A DNA stretch of 64,000 nucleotides from Hydrolagus colliei (taxonomy: Eukaryota), in contig CM068755.1 in assembly GCA_035084275.1 (NCBI GenBank), positions 12,586,001 to 12,650,000 of the forward strand. The letters run 5' to 3'. Shown piece by piece: positions 12,491 through 24,215 of the stretch (within the stretch, counting starts at the first letter, position 1; each line of letters opens with the position of its first letter). Below the pieces are notes generated by a model. It did no database searches. It was not told where the DNA came from and saw only the letters and a program-made list of their open reading frames with translations. The position numbers and the translations under genes were made by a program.

Positions 12491-12957
12491 ACAATCAAGT
12501 TCTCGTCAAATCACACCAGCTGACATGACTTTCAACTCCATTAATTTATTGTAGATATCTCCGTCGGTTCAGTAAATCCAAATTATTTTCTGCTTGGCAT
12601 AATCATGTTTCTCATTTGAAGTTCTGTGTTTTTTTTAATTTGAATGATATTAACCGCATCTGAAATCTTAAAACAAATGTGAAAACTTCAACTCAGAAAA
12701 AAACCCTCATGCACAGCCACCTTCACGTAGAGAAATACATGAGTGAACATTTTCTTAGGGAAAAAAGGAAGGAATATGACAAATGAAAATGATAATTGTG
12801 AATGGTGTAAATCTAAAATAATAAAAAACACCCTTCACATATAAAAAATGATGAATTTATTTTCATTTCCAACATAAAATAGTAAACATTTGACAGTTTT
12901 AATTTGTCTAGATAATAAGGAAGTAAACAATATTTCATATAGCTTTGCATAGATGGG

Positions 12958-13030
12958 CCTTGGGATGCCTTGAGACATTCTCCCGACATGAAGGGCCCTC
13001 TATAAATGCAATTTTCATGTTGTTGTTGTA
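12958..13030 (+). mobile_element. 3' tail of L2-type element
   Basis: CCTTGAGACATTCTCCCGACATGAAGGGCCCTCTATAAATGCAATTTTCATGTTGTTGTTG. Confidence 0.65.
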
Positions 13031-13039
13031 GATTGTTGC

Positions 13040-13300
13040 AAAGCGGAAATAAGCCATTCAAACCAACCAGTGCCGTTGTTTATATTGCCCACAAGCCCTT
13101 AACCTCCTTTTCCCTCTTCTGTAATTCTCTGTTACCTTCTTTCTTATGTATGCATCATAATTTACTTTTAATTGCTTCTACTGTAGCTTCTGGAAGTAAG
13201 TTTCACATTTTCACCCACTTCTACATGAAGAAACTCATGCTAAAACTCCCTATCAGATCTATTATTAACTACCTTACATTTATCACACCTTATTTTGTTT
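13040..13300 (-). mobile_element. CR1 LINE 3' end fragment
   Basis: Minus strand AGTTTCTTCATGTAGAAGTGGGTGAAAATGTGAAACTTACTTCCAGAAGCTACAGTAGAAGCA resembles the CR1 terminal motif FFTQRVVxxWNxLPxxVVEA. Confidence 0.6.
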
Positions 13301-13489
13301 GCTGTTAAACTTTTACTATTTCTTGAAATCGTAAAAAGAAAATAAATTACTCAGAAAAAAAAGCTAATATTAAAATATTGCTTTTCTAGAAATGCATTTA
13401 AACAGTTCAAATTATTAGAAATTAACACTATTATGAAAACTAAATGTATTTCTGAATCATAAATTATGCATGATGTTCCTCTCTTTCAG

Positions 13490-13850
13490 AGCAAGTTTCT
13501 CCCATTCTCTCCTCTTTTGAAGGCATTAACTCCTTACCAGGTATCATTCTAACAGGACCCATTGCCCTCCTGTGGCTCACCCAAATGGCCATTCTTCATG
13601 TGTGAGCCTTGACAACAAATGTTGGCAGCTTTTTAGACCATGACAGGGAACACAGTTCAACCTGATCTCCTTTCCTCACCTGGCATTCGCACACACACTT
13701 CCAACAGAAGTCACTGGGTCACAGTCAGGAGCTTGCACCTCTCCAAACTCAGGGGGTCTGAGCTCAATTGCAAATCACCTGCTGCCTCAGTGGACGAAAT
13801 TGGCTGACTAAGTGCAGGCTAGCGAGAAACTCAAACAATGAGATTTTCCC
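13490..13850 (-). mobile_element. Old chondrichthyan SINE-like repeat (second partial copy at about 61555-61690)
   Basis: Minus strand carries GGCTCACACATGAAGAATGGCCA, CAGTGAC..CTG.TGGAAGTGTGTGTG and a GAGGAGAGAATGGGAGAAA end that I recognise from shark/chimaera SINE-like repeats. Collinear similarity to the 61.6 kb copy. Confidence 0.6.
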
Positions 13851-15946
13851 AATATGCATAATTCAGCTAGCACAAAATGTATTTGAATCATTATGCAGTT
13901 CTAATTTTCATACATTTACCAAACATTTTGTTGATTGTACTTTACAGGTTCAACGTAAGAGGTTTGGTCTTTCAGATGGAATGTTAGTCCATGATCTCAT
14001 CTGTTTGTTTTAGGTGGACAATGAAGGGATGCCTTCAAGTGTTCTGCATTAATTGTTGTTATAAACCTGAGTGTTTTCTTGTGTATAGAGTTGTGAAGAC
14101 AAGATTACTGGCGAGATTGATTATATGTCATATGGATTGAAATAAATTATTGTTTATTTTAGTGGAATACAAGGCCCCTCAACATGCTAAATCTTATTTA
14201 TTATCCTAAAACAATAAGCAAACCTTTGAAAACAAATATTAACACAACATAATTTGCGTTCCATGTGACTTTGAAAGGGCTCTTCCACGATCACATCTGA
14301 AAGTTCATGGCATTTATTTTTTTATATAAAAGAACCATGTAGAACTCAGCTCAATTTATTTGTATGTCTCCATATTTATGTTATGCTTCCTTGGCTCCAT
14401 TTCCTGAGGCTTATTCAATGGTCTTGTTTACTGACAAATCTGGCCTTATACTACATTTTCATTTAGAGATGTGGCTTCCTATATCTTAACTGAACTTTGT
14501 CTTTGAGGGAGATATTTGTGTCTTCCAGTTAGCAATCAGTAGGGATGAAACTCGATGATTTGGATGCTTTTAGCTACTTCAATTAATCTGCAATGGCAGT
14601 TGCTGGTATCATAGCAGGAGACTTTTCAAGACTAAGTTACATTTTGGAGGCTGCAGATCACTTCCTATTAGAAATCCTACTCTCCAGATGCTCGTAGTGC
14701 AGATGTAACTGTTCCAATCCGACGTGGATGAACAAATGGTAAGGACACACAACAGTTTTATTAGCTAATTTCACATTGCATTGAAACAACATATAAGTGG
14801 TACAGTATATACATGGGCCTCTTGCTGTCATTATATTCAGTGAAAAGATGGCAATGGTGATTGGTTTCAATGCTGCTCTATTCCTCACAATTGTTTCAGC
14901 AGATATTCTACTCATAAAAGTGAAAGATTCAACATCTCCATTTCTGAGATTAAAATCCTGCAATACACACTTGTAATCATCAAAACTCCACAATTGTGCT
15001 CTATGCTTTTAAAGTGCACAGAAAACTTTTAAACAAAATGATCAGTGTTTTCAATCACTTTTCCATCGTGCCATACCTTGCTCCGTTGTCTCACTTCCAC
15101 TTTTTGCAAACTACAATTATATCTCTGTTTAACACCTGCAGTCTTGTTTCTTTCTAACGCCTATGATATCTACAATATATATTGCCCTAATTCATAATGT
15201 AAAATGGTAAACACACCATTAGCCAACAAAGACTTTATTAATAGGTTACACCTGTCTAAAACTCTAAAGTACTAATTATCCTTATTTTGTCATTGCTTCC
15301 ACCAATAAATTATTATCAATGTTATCAGTAGATAATCTCTATATTTATCAATACTTTTTGGTTCCTTTGAGTGTGGCACATCTATACATGCTGTCTTTGT
15401 TCACTTTGGTATGACTTGGATCCTATCTACTGTGAGTCATGTGCAAATATTGTGCATTTCACAATGACCTCTCTGAGCCATGTGTACTTACCCTGATAGG
15501 AACAGTTTCTCAGTGGACCTCCTGGAGCCTTGCAAAAATTTGTCGTCAACAAAACCTGAAACTCAAACATCAAATCTACGTGTGAATTGCGGTATCCAGA
15601 TTGCTGTACATGGCTTTATCACTCATAGAATGTGTCAAAATGAGTGCTGGGTATGCCAGAGGTGCATTGCCTACTGATAGCAACTGACCTGTAATGGACA
15701 AAATGCCATTCGTAAGAATGGTTATTGATTACTCTGCACTAAAGTGAATTGACCATTGTATTTTCTATAAATAAGTTTCCCATATACAAGTTAATTTTTT
15801 TTACCAGCCTTAAAATGTATTCCATTGATACCGTCTGTTGCTATAACAGATTTCTGTGAAAGTCCAAAGTAACTGGACGGAACTGCAGTACATTTGGAGA
15901 GAGTTGTTAGATAGTCACACATTTACCCACAAAATACAGTCATATT

Positions 15947-15990
15947 GCTTTATACTATAGCCCGCTTTATACTATAGCTTTATACTATAG
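15947..15990. repeat. Triplicated 13-bp unit GCTTTATACTATA
   Basis: Copies start at 15947, 15964 and 15977. Confidence 0.9.
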
Positions 15991-16043
15991 TACTTTGAGA
16001 TGTCTTGATGATGAGGCATTACATCAAATGTGAGGATTATATT
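15991..16043 (+). mobile_element. 3' tail of L2-mobilised SINE/LINE (5'-truncated)
   Basis: TACTTTGAGATGTCTTGATGATGAGGCATTACATCAAATGTGAGGATTAT, a diverged copy of the recurrent tail. Confidence 0.65.
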
Positions 16044-17904
16044 GTTTCACAGCCCTATGTTGCAGCCCTGTAATAGCCCATTTAATTTCTGTAACAGTGG
16101 CTATATTCTCAGATAATCATTTCACATGTTCCATATAGATAGAAAGAAGCCATATTTCCACATCATTGATGACTATCTTATTTGTCATTTAGGAACAATA
16201 TGAAGTGTAAGTGTATAAGTGTAATTTGTTGTTGTTGTTGTATTGCTGAAGTCCAGCAGAAAGAGTATCTTTTGTCCTCTGATTTTTTTTTCTTCTCTTT
16301 ATATAACTATTGTGGACACTCTACAGCTTGACAGGATCAGCTTTGATAGTCTCATGTACCAGATACCTGAATATGCAACAAAGATAATAGTCATTAGAAC
16401 ATGATGCAGAGAGCATTCATATTTTTACTTATCGTTTGTAACACAAACCATTTTTCCAAGTCATCCATTATTAAAAGTCTAACACACTTAATTTATTTAT
16501 TTATTATTATTGTTATTATAGCTGTTTTAAGATGTAATTACTGCTGCTTTGTAGTTACAGTTAGCATAAAACAAAAATCTGAATGGAGTGAAACTTAACT
16601 ATACTTAACTGGTATTATTAATATAAAACCATAAAATTGTATGCTGCATTTATTCCACTCCTCACTGAATGAAGTCATGACATTAACCTGATTTATGCTC
16701 CCATTCCAGATCTACATCAAAAATGACACTGGATATATTATTTTAACCTTCAGAGATTGCTTTTATTTCTGTTAATGTTTATTCCAATGTCTGTGTGCTT
16801 TGCTGCACATTTAAAGTGCAGAGAATTTTAGTTGTGCATTCCCTTATGATGAAAACATAACTGCAGAATTGAAATACAGGTTGATTTACCAGGGTGCCAA
16901 TGTGCAATATTTCTCTAGATTCACAAATGGGAAAGATTTTTTGTAATAAAAAAGCTCAATGCATCTGTCTATGTTTACTGCTGAAAAAAAAATTTGATCT
17001 TGCAAAATGAAGGGGAAATGTACAATTCCACAATGGACGTGGAATAATAGCGTTATCCGTTCATTCCAGGCTTCTCACAGACTTCCCTAGCCTTACTGTA
17101 GTGCTGCGGAATGGAAATGGAAATCGTATAGTTTAGAAGGATTCTTTTCCACGCTGAGCTGATGGGACAAGCATTGAATTTGATATGATGAAGTCAAAGC
17201 TGATGATCCAATGTTATCTTAACAACAGGTAGTGTCCAGGCAAATACAGGTTACCAATGAACAGTCCCTAGTGTGTCCCTTGAGCCTTTCTGTGGGACTC
17301 CAGATGCTGATAGGTATTGTAACACATTTACATTTGAAATATACTTAATAATAGTTCAATCAGTGAATCTATCAGCAGACACAATAATGCTTGCATCTGC
17401 CTTTACACTCACAATTATGCGAAGATGCTTTATCTTATCAGCCGACATTTAATTATCTGCATAAAAAGAGAAAATATAATTATGATGCCTTCAATGCATT
17501 ATCGAAACTAACAGGGCGGGGGTGGGGGGGGGGGGGGGGGTTGGGGGTGGTGGAGAGAGAAAGAAAGCAATTGAAATATACAAAGCTGAGAAAGCTTTCC
17601 GTTGACTTCTTTGTGTCCTATTGTCACTGCTTCTCACAACAAAGTTCAATGTGTTACACCGGTTTAACGAATCTCTGTGTATTAGTTTATATCACTCGGT
17701 TCATGAATGTATGTAAAAACGAATCTGTATCTCTTGCTGTGTGTGTTTAACTGTAGACGTCGCCTTTTGCCATCTTTTGAACTGAGCAGTGAGTTGGTCT
17801 CAGTAATAGCAGCACCTGCTCTCAAATTGAAATATGTGCAAACCTGCCCATTTTTCCAAATCTCCTTTCCTCCCTCGTCGTCGTCTCTCTCTCTCTCTGT
17901 CTCT

Positions 17905-18400
17905 TCCAGAAGTGATTTAATTTCCATTACACTGATCCATTTATCGACACTTGCCGTTTCTAAATTGCAGATCATTGTTTGGGGCTGTTTATCAATTGAT
18001 AACGCTGACCTGAAATTGACAGGTAGAGAGTCAGAAAGCAGATACACTAACGATTGTTCCCTTTCAAGCTATTGTTCCAATCCATGCGGTTTAGGGACAA
18101 ACTTCGAGTTTAGGACACACTGGTTAATATGACCCGGGATTAGTTTCCCAAACCCTTGCTGAGTTAAATTATGGGACAAACTATCAGGGAGGAATCAATC
18201 GATGTGCATTCCAGGGGACAGCTGTAATGTGTCTGGCTCTGCCAGCATCAACACTCTGCCCTGACCACAGTCACTCCCAGCAGGTTAAATAAATATGATA
18301 GCAGACTGGAGAGAAAGGACAGGCACGACAGCTTCGGTTCCATGATCTATGTTTTGAAGTGCTCTGATGAGGTCTACCTGTAAATGACACCCTTAAAGGA
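17905..18400. promoter_or_regulatory. Candidate enhancer / conserved non-coding element
   Basis: Unique block bracketed by microsatellites and G-tracts; palindromic GATA pair TTATCAATTGATAA (17989-18002), SOX CATTGTT, and CUT-homeodomain-like AATCAATCGAT (18193-18203). Confidence 0.4.
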
Positions 18401-18441
18401 TTCTCGGGGGGCTTGTTGAGAATATCTAATGATAGGGCCAG

Positions 18442-18520
18442 AGGGGGGGGGGGGGGGGGGGAAGGATAGTGAGAGAGAGAGAGAGTTTGTGTGTGTGTGT
18501 GTGGAGGGGAGGGGGGGGGG
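18442..18520. repeat. poly-G, (GA)n and (GT)n compound simple repeat
   Basis: Read directly from the sequence. Confidence 0.95.
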
Positions 18521-20659
18521 TTCCTATTTGGTCAGACACTGGAACATTTGTCATGGGTGACCCGTGAACTTTCTTTCCTGAACTAAACTATACTGAAGTG
18601 CTTGGAATAATGTATTGAAGTGAGAAAGACAAGAGCACAGACCATCTCGCCCCAGGGCCGCCACATGTTCAGTATGTATTACTGTCAGCTATACATGTGC
18701 TGCTTTCAGAAACCGAGACATTTCAAATTCCATTAATATTTACACCATCTATTGAATTTCCCATTTTGTTTATTTATTTATTTTTAAATGGGAATACTCC
18801 CGGAATATATACGCTGCATATATTAAATATTCACCTTATTATACACATGATCCAAATTGCCGTTTGGAATTTTTTTTCTCTCTGACCACACATTCCAGTT
18901 GCATTTATAAAGTAATATCAGCGCTGATTTCTTTTTACAAACACTGTGCAAAATAAATTCTGACTTTGGTCTCCACGCAGACTGCAACATTAGAATCATA
19001 TTGGTTCGTTTTTTTTAAAAAAAAACTCGTGCAACCTGTACAGTACGATTTTCACACTCGACTTACTTACCCTTACTTTCACTCTCCAGCTTTGATCATG
19101 GACACAGAAACCAAGTTGCTTTCATCACAGGATTTCACGCGGTCAAAACTGAATGACTTTCACTGTAAAAATGGCAAGTTGGAATCAGCTTTTTTTAAAA
19201 ATAAATAAAACGTCACACAAACATTTTTAATAGAAACCTAATACCCCAAACAAAAAGGATGTAGAATATCGTACAGATTGAATAGTTCGTCAAGATTTAG
19301 TTTGCAGCTCTCAAAACATAGATTTTGGTCAATTATGTAAACTTTGTTTTCATTTCTACGATGCAAAGTCCACTATGAGTCTCCCACTTTATGTTTGTTG
19401 TTAACGACAACTCTAAACTGTTTATTTTCAGGAAAATCAAATGATGCAGGCTCTCAGTGTCATAATCATTGAAGGGTTAAATTCTGACACAATATTCCAA
19501 TAATCCTAATTCTGAAATAAATGTTTTTTTTCCTGAAGAATAGTTTCTTTTCGAGTATCTGGTTATGATCACGTAAACATTTCAAAGTTGAAAGTTGAAG
19601 ATAAATTTGTGTCAAAAAAGGTAAGTTAAATAACTTGATGATCCGAGCTCCATGTTAGATGGTTTACAATCCAAATGTATATCTAGGAAATATGATTGTA
19701 TTGATCTAATGTTTAAATGTTTGATCTCATTGAAGTTCGATCATTCTGTGAACGGAAATATTCAATCGTTTCATATGAAAATATTATTATTGTGAGAGAC
19801 GATGTTCGCAGATTTGATAAAATTGGAACTTAAAATACTTTTTTATATAAAATATTATTTCCGAAGATTTATGTTGAATTTTATTACGGGCATTAAATAG
19901 CTCTTCCAATAGTTTTCCTTTTGATTTTGAGTAAAACTACAATGATCCAGGTGTATTTAAACGTGATTGGAGAAAGCGTTTAACACTATTATAAACACTA
20001 GTCATGCATTGCAGGCAGGTCTTACAAAAATATATTCACATATTTCACTCAATCTAAATTATGTGGGTTAAACGTGATTTAAGTATTTTCTTTCGATTAA
20101 CACCGAGCATAAAACATGTTTTAAAATCGTTAAAATACCCCCATACTTGCTCGATTTCGTATTTCATATTTAATAAATAGAAGTAAATGATCTGTCATAG
20201 TCAGAAATACTCTGAAAGTGTATTATATATTTCCCTGAATTATTGAGTTGAATTCAGAAATAATTTATATATAAGACTTTAGACACGTAAATGCATTTTA
20301 TTTTTTATTTGTATGATAATTAATTAATTAATCATTTATTTCTGCTATTTTTGGTCAACAGCGTTAATTGTAAAACTATAAAAATCCGTCAATGTATTCC
20401 ATATTTTACATGTTTGGCTACTTTCTGAAGCAAGTTCAATATTTTTGAATTTATTGTCCTTTTAAAAATATCAACCGTACATCAATATGCATCGTCAGAT
20501 ATAATAATACACAATAGCTGAACGAGTTAAACATATTTTAAAACCGTCCATTTGTCTTATTAAAGGCACTCTCCTTCCCTTTCCCTCTTTTACGTCTAGA
20601 TATTTCAGAAGAAAATTGAAGTGATATGATCTAACGATTCCTCAAATTCCTCTCCCCTT

Positions 20660-21120
20660 CCTTTGGTGCTAGCAGATTGCTTAGTTACGTTAATGTGCCT
20701 TAATAGTCCTTTTAGAGATGTAAAGAGAAGCACTTTAGTATTTTTGGACCGATCTTCTGAGAGGCTACAGAGGAAAAAAATGACAGCTCCAGAGACTGGA
20801 TTGATGACATTTTGGATGGTGAGCTTTTTACTCCCCTTCTCTTCACAATGCTGAATGTGTCATGCTTTGTTACATCTTGTGTGTTTTTACTGAACATTTG
20901 AATAAAAGCTTCTGCCAGGTATTCCTAACACAGTGGGTGGAATTCGCTGCCATCCACAAAGAGTTTGAGTTCTATTTGCATAAGGTCGGATCAGAGCTTC
21001 TGATGGAAGTTCAACAGCATCCCTGTCTCTTAGCAACAATATGCACTTTTGGTCCTTGTATTAAATTGACGGGTCCCTTTTTATTTCTTTCACATGGCGC
21101 TACACAATGAAATGTCACCC
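20660..21120. promoter_or_regulatory. Candidate enhancer / conserved non-coding element
   Basis: Unique block following very AT-rich DNA; MEIS-type TGACAG, octamer ATTTGCAT (20974-20981), and a strong donor-like ATG|GTGAGC at 20818/20819. Confidence 0.3.
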
Positions 21121-21289
21121 TCAAACCTGTGTCTGTCACTAGTAGGTCAACTTTTTTCTTCCTTTAAGTCCAATTAGAAGATGAGGCTATTCACTGAGTA
21201 CCACCCCCCAACTCCCCCCACCCAACCCCCCCCCCCCCCCAAAAAAAAATGGTTCATTTTATTTGTTAATTAATATTAATAACGTTTCC

Positions 21290-21570
21290 AGTATTAATGG
21301 ATCGTCCTGCATAAACATTTTCGAGATAAGGACCAAATTACTGGCACCTGCAAAACAATGATTTTTGGAGACAGTAATAGGCTGCTGAGATTGGGGAGCA
21401 GGTTTCGGTCATATTCTCTCACCCATTTATGTGAGATAGGGTTGAGCGCCGCATCTACGACTGAATGTGCTGAGAAAATTAGTGACAACCTCTGTATGTC
21501 GATGGGAATTTCTGACATAATACAGCTGCTGAGAACCGATGTTAATGGAGGGTCAAATTTGGACAATAGT
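21290..21570. promoter_or_regulatory. Candidate highly conserved non-coding element
   Basis: High-complexity non-coding block with homeodomain sites TTAATGG at both ends (21294, 21542), AATTA cores and TGACA motifs; starts abruptly after a polyC/polyA and TAAT-rich tract. Confidence 0.45.
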
Positions 21571-22879
21571 ATCCATCACTTGCCTCGTAGCTCTCTCCTG
21601 TCACTGCAGCCTCTTTTGACTGCTCTATCAACCAGATTTGGGTTTACTCAATTACTGGTCAGGATCTTTCTCTCTGCTGGGCGCCTACTTGCTAATTTTT
21701 TTGTCTTCTCCCATCGATAAGATAATTAAACCGTCCCTTGTTATTTGCTGCTACGACTAAACAGTTTGTCGCACTCGTATACTCTGGGAGCAAAACAAAT
21801 GCTGATACCACCCGTGTTGGTAACCCAGAGAAGAGAAGCGTCCAGTAATTCATCCACCTGTCCAACAAGTAGCTGATATATTGTTCCACCCAAAACAGGT
21901 TGGATCACATGTGCTCCCGACAGTAAATTGGAATGGATTCCTTGTGGAAATAGCAATTGACTGTGCTTAGCAATGCTGATTATTTTGTGAGTGCAAATTT
22001 AGATATTATAACATCCTGAATGGCCGAATAGACAGAAAAGTACACAGGTTGAAGCACACACTCAAACAATCCCAGGAATTAACTATATAGGCGCGTTTTC
22101 TATGATACTTAAACTATATATTTACATCGACGTAGAAAGTTTTCCTGCGTGAAAATTAAGAAGCGGTGTATATTTGTATACACGTTAACGGTTTAGTTCA
22201 GGCATTTTGGTAATGATCAAAGCAGATAATGTTAGGAATGCGTTTTAACCTTATTTAGAGAAATATAAATTGTGGCATTTGTCGGCAAATACAAAGACAA
22301 CGCCATTTTCAACAATTACTTTACATGAGGGTCGTGAAGGCAAAATGGTCCAATTACTACTTAACCATCTTGTTGTTGTTATGGTGTACAATTACTGCTT
22401 TCATAGATACCAGTGCTTTATATACAACTCTGCTGAATTCGACCGCTTTAACCCCTGTGGTTAGAAACTACATTACCACTAAAGAGAAAGAGATAAAAAT
22501 AAAATTAGATTATCGAAGCACTGATACACTTGAGCAAAGTCGTTTTCTTTCTTGTGATCTGTGCAATACTCCGAGGTTGAATTATCCCGTGTTACACCTG
22601 TTAAGGCGATGTACACACCATAAAAAGCTCATTCTTCTTTCAAACGAACACAGCCATTCATTCAGTCGTGAAAGGGTTAGATGCCTGTTGCTCTAGTTTC
22701 ACCCAGTCATATCCCACCAGCTATCTCCCGTCCTTCGCATCCATTTGTGGCCTTTTTATCTATCCTCCTATCTAATTTATTGATGTTTTCTGTGACAAAT
22801 CACCCTTTTTCTCATGCAAACTTTCACTCGAACCCTGGCACTTTCTGTCTCTGAACGTTTGCTCGCAGTAGCTCGCAGA

Positions 22880-22898
22880 CACTGCGCCCCCTTGTAAT
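22880..22898 (-). promoter_or_regulatory. CTCF-like motif
   Basis: Minus strand ATTACAAGGGGGCGCAGTG matches the AGGGGGCGC core but lacks the 5' CC of CCASYAGRKGGCRS. Confidence 0.35.
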
Positions 22899-24115
22899 AT
22901 GTATCAAGATAAATATACCGGAAATTTAGCTTCTTGAAAACAGCAGGGTTAAAAGTCAAATGGGCTCTGTTTAATAATTCACATGCCATATTTCTTCCAT
23001 TTTGTCAAGTTTGCTGAAGAAGATGGAAGCGCGTTGATAGGGTAGTGGAGTTTGTCAATTTCTCAAGCCTACTTCGGCTGCATGGATTGCCTTTAAAGGG
23101 CATATCATTCTAATGACTAGTTTAAATTCATCTTTCTTTGATCCGCTTGTAGGGTCAGAAAATGGTCTTTTGATTCATTCTCAGTACAGAAGTTGTTTAG
23201 CTAGGCTATTCGAGAATTGCGTCAACAATTCGGCTTCAAAGGCATATTCTGACAAACATAACAATGAATTATTAAAGCTATTAATGCCGTTGAATATATT
23301 GCTCTTTTGTGACTGTGTGAGGTAATTTTTTTTGATATAATAAAAAAAGGATAGCTCCTTCTGATTTTCCATTTGGTAAATGAAAAATCATTTCAAATGC
23401 TTCAGAAGAATTTGAGTAGGCACATTGCTGTATTTCCCATTTAATGTTTTAATTTCTGATCTAATTTCCTCGGTATGAATTTAATAACTTCAGTGGACGC
23501 AGAATCTGGATAACAATAAAACTCTTCAGCCTCGAAATGTTTTCATTATCCCCTTGGGTTTGTATCGGAAACATCCCATTCATTATGTGCGACTTTTATT
23601 ATTAATCTCCTCAAGGAAACGAGAAAGCTGGGTGTTTCTGTTCTGCATTGGGGGGTAAATTGGGTTTTGAATTGACCCTGCAATGGTAAAATAAGCACCA
23701 GAGTAAGTTAAGTGCTCAGATTTTAAAAAGACATGTAGCTAATTCAACTTTTGTCCTCCAGAGTGTCCCTTGGGGGGGGGGATTTCTGCAGAATTTTTAG
23801 TCTCTTTACTACGAACAAGTCGTCTCCATAAATCTCAGCTGAAATAAACATCATCATCAATCAACGTGGTCTTGTTTCTATTTCACATCAGAAAACCAAC
23901 AGCAGTCAATAAGTACGGTAGTCAATTTCACCAAGAACTTTTCTTTCAATTCTTTAGTAAACGGGACCTGTTCAAACTTTGCCACACAAAAAAAAACATG
24001 AAGTTAGAACACAGATACAATACAGCTGTTTGACTTGAGTTCGTTGAACAGGGTTTCGGAGTGTGATAAGTAACCCGCGCTGTAAACTTTTACTGTCTAA
24101 TAGTTAGTTAAATCG

Positions 24116-24215
24116 CCTTGTATTTGACATTGCGCCTTTCACCTCAGGGGGACGTCCCAAAGCGGTTCTACAGAATTTATTGTAAAATGTCGTGACCCTG
24201 CACTTTTGTAGGCGA
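24116..24215 (-). mobile_element. DeuSINE/L2-type 3' fragment
   Basis: CCTTGTATTTGACATTGCGCCTTTCACCTCAGGGGGACGTCCCAAAGCGG is the reverse complement of the recurrent tail. Confidence 0.7.

Noticed and set aside
3366-18400. Other CTGATGA occurrences (3367, 8452, 18364) as hammerhead cores
   Set aside because: No stem II followed by GAAA and NUH.
19432-19500. Acceptor followed by ATGATGCAGG, reminiscent of a FOXP start exon (MMQES)
   Set aside because: The translation diverges immediately (MMQALSV...) and stops within about 20 codons.
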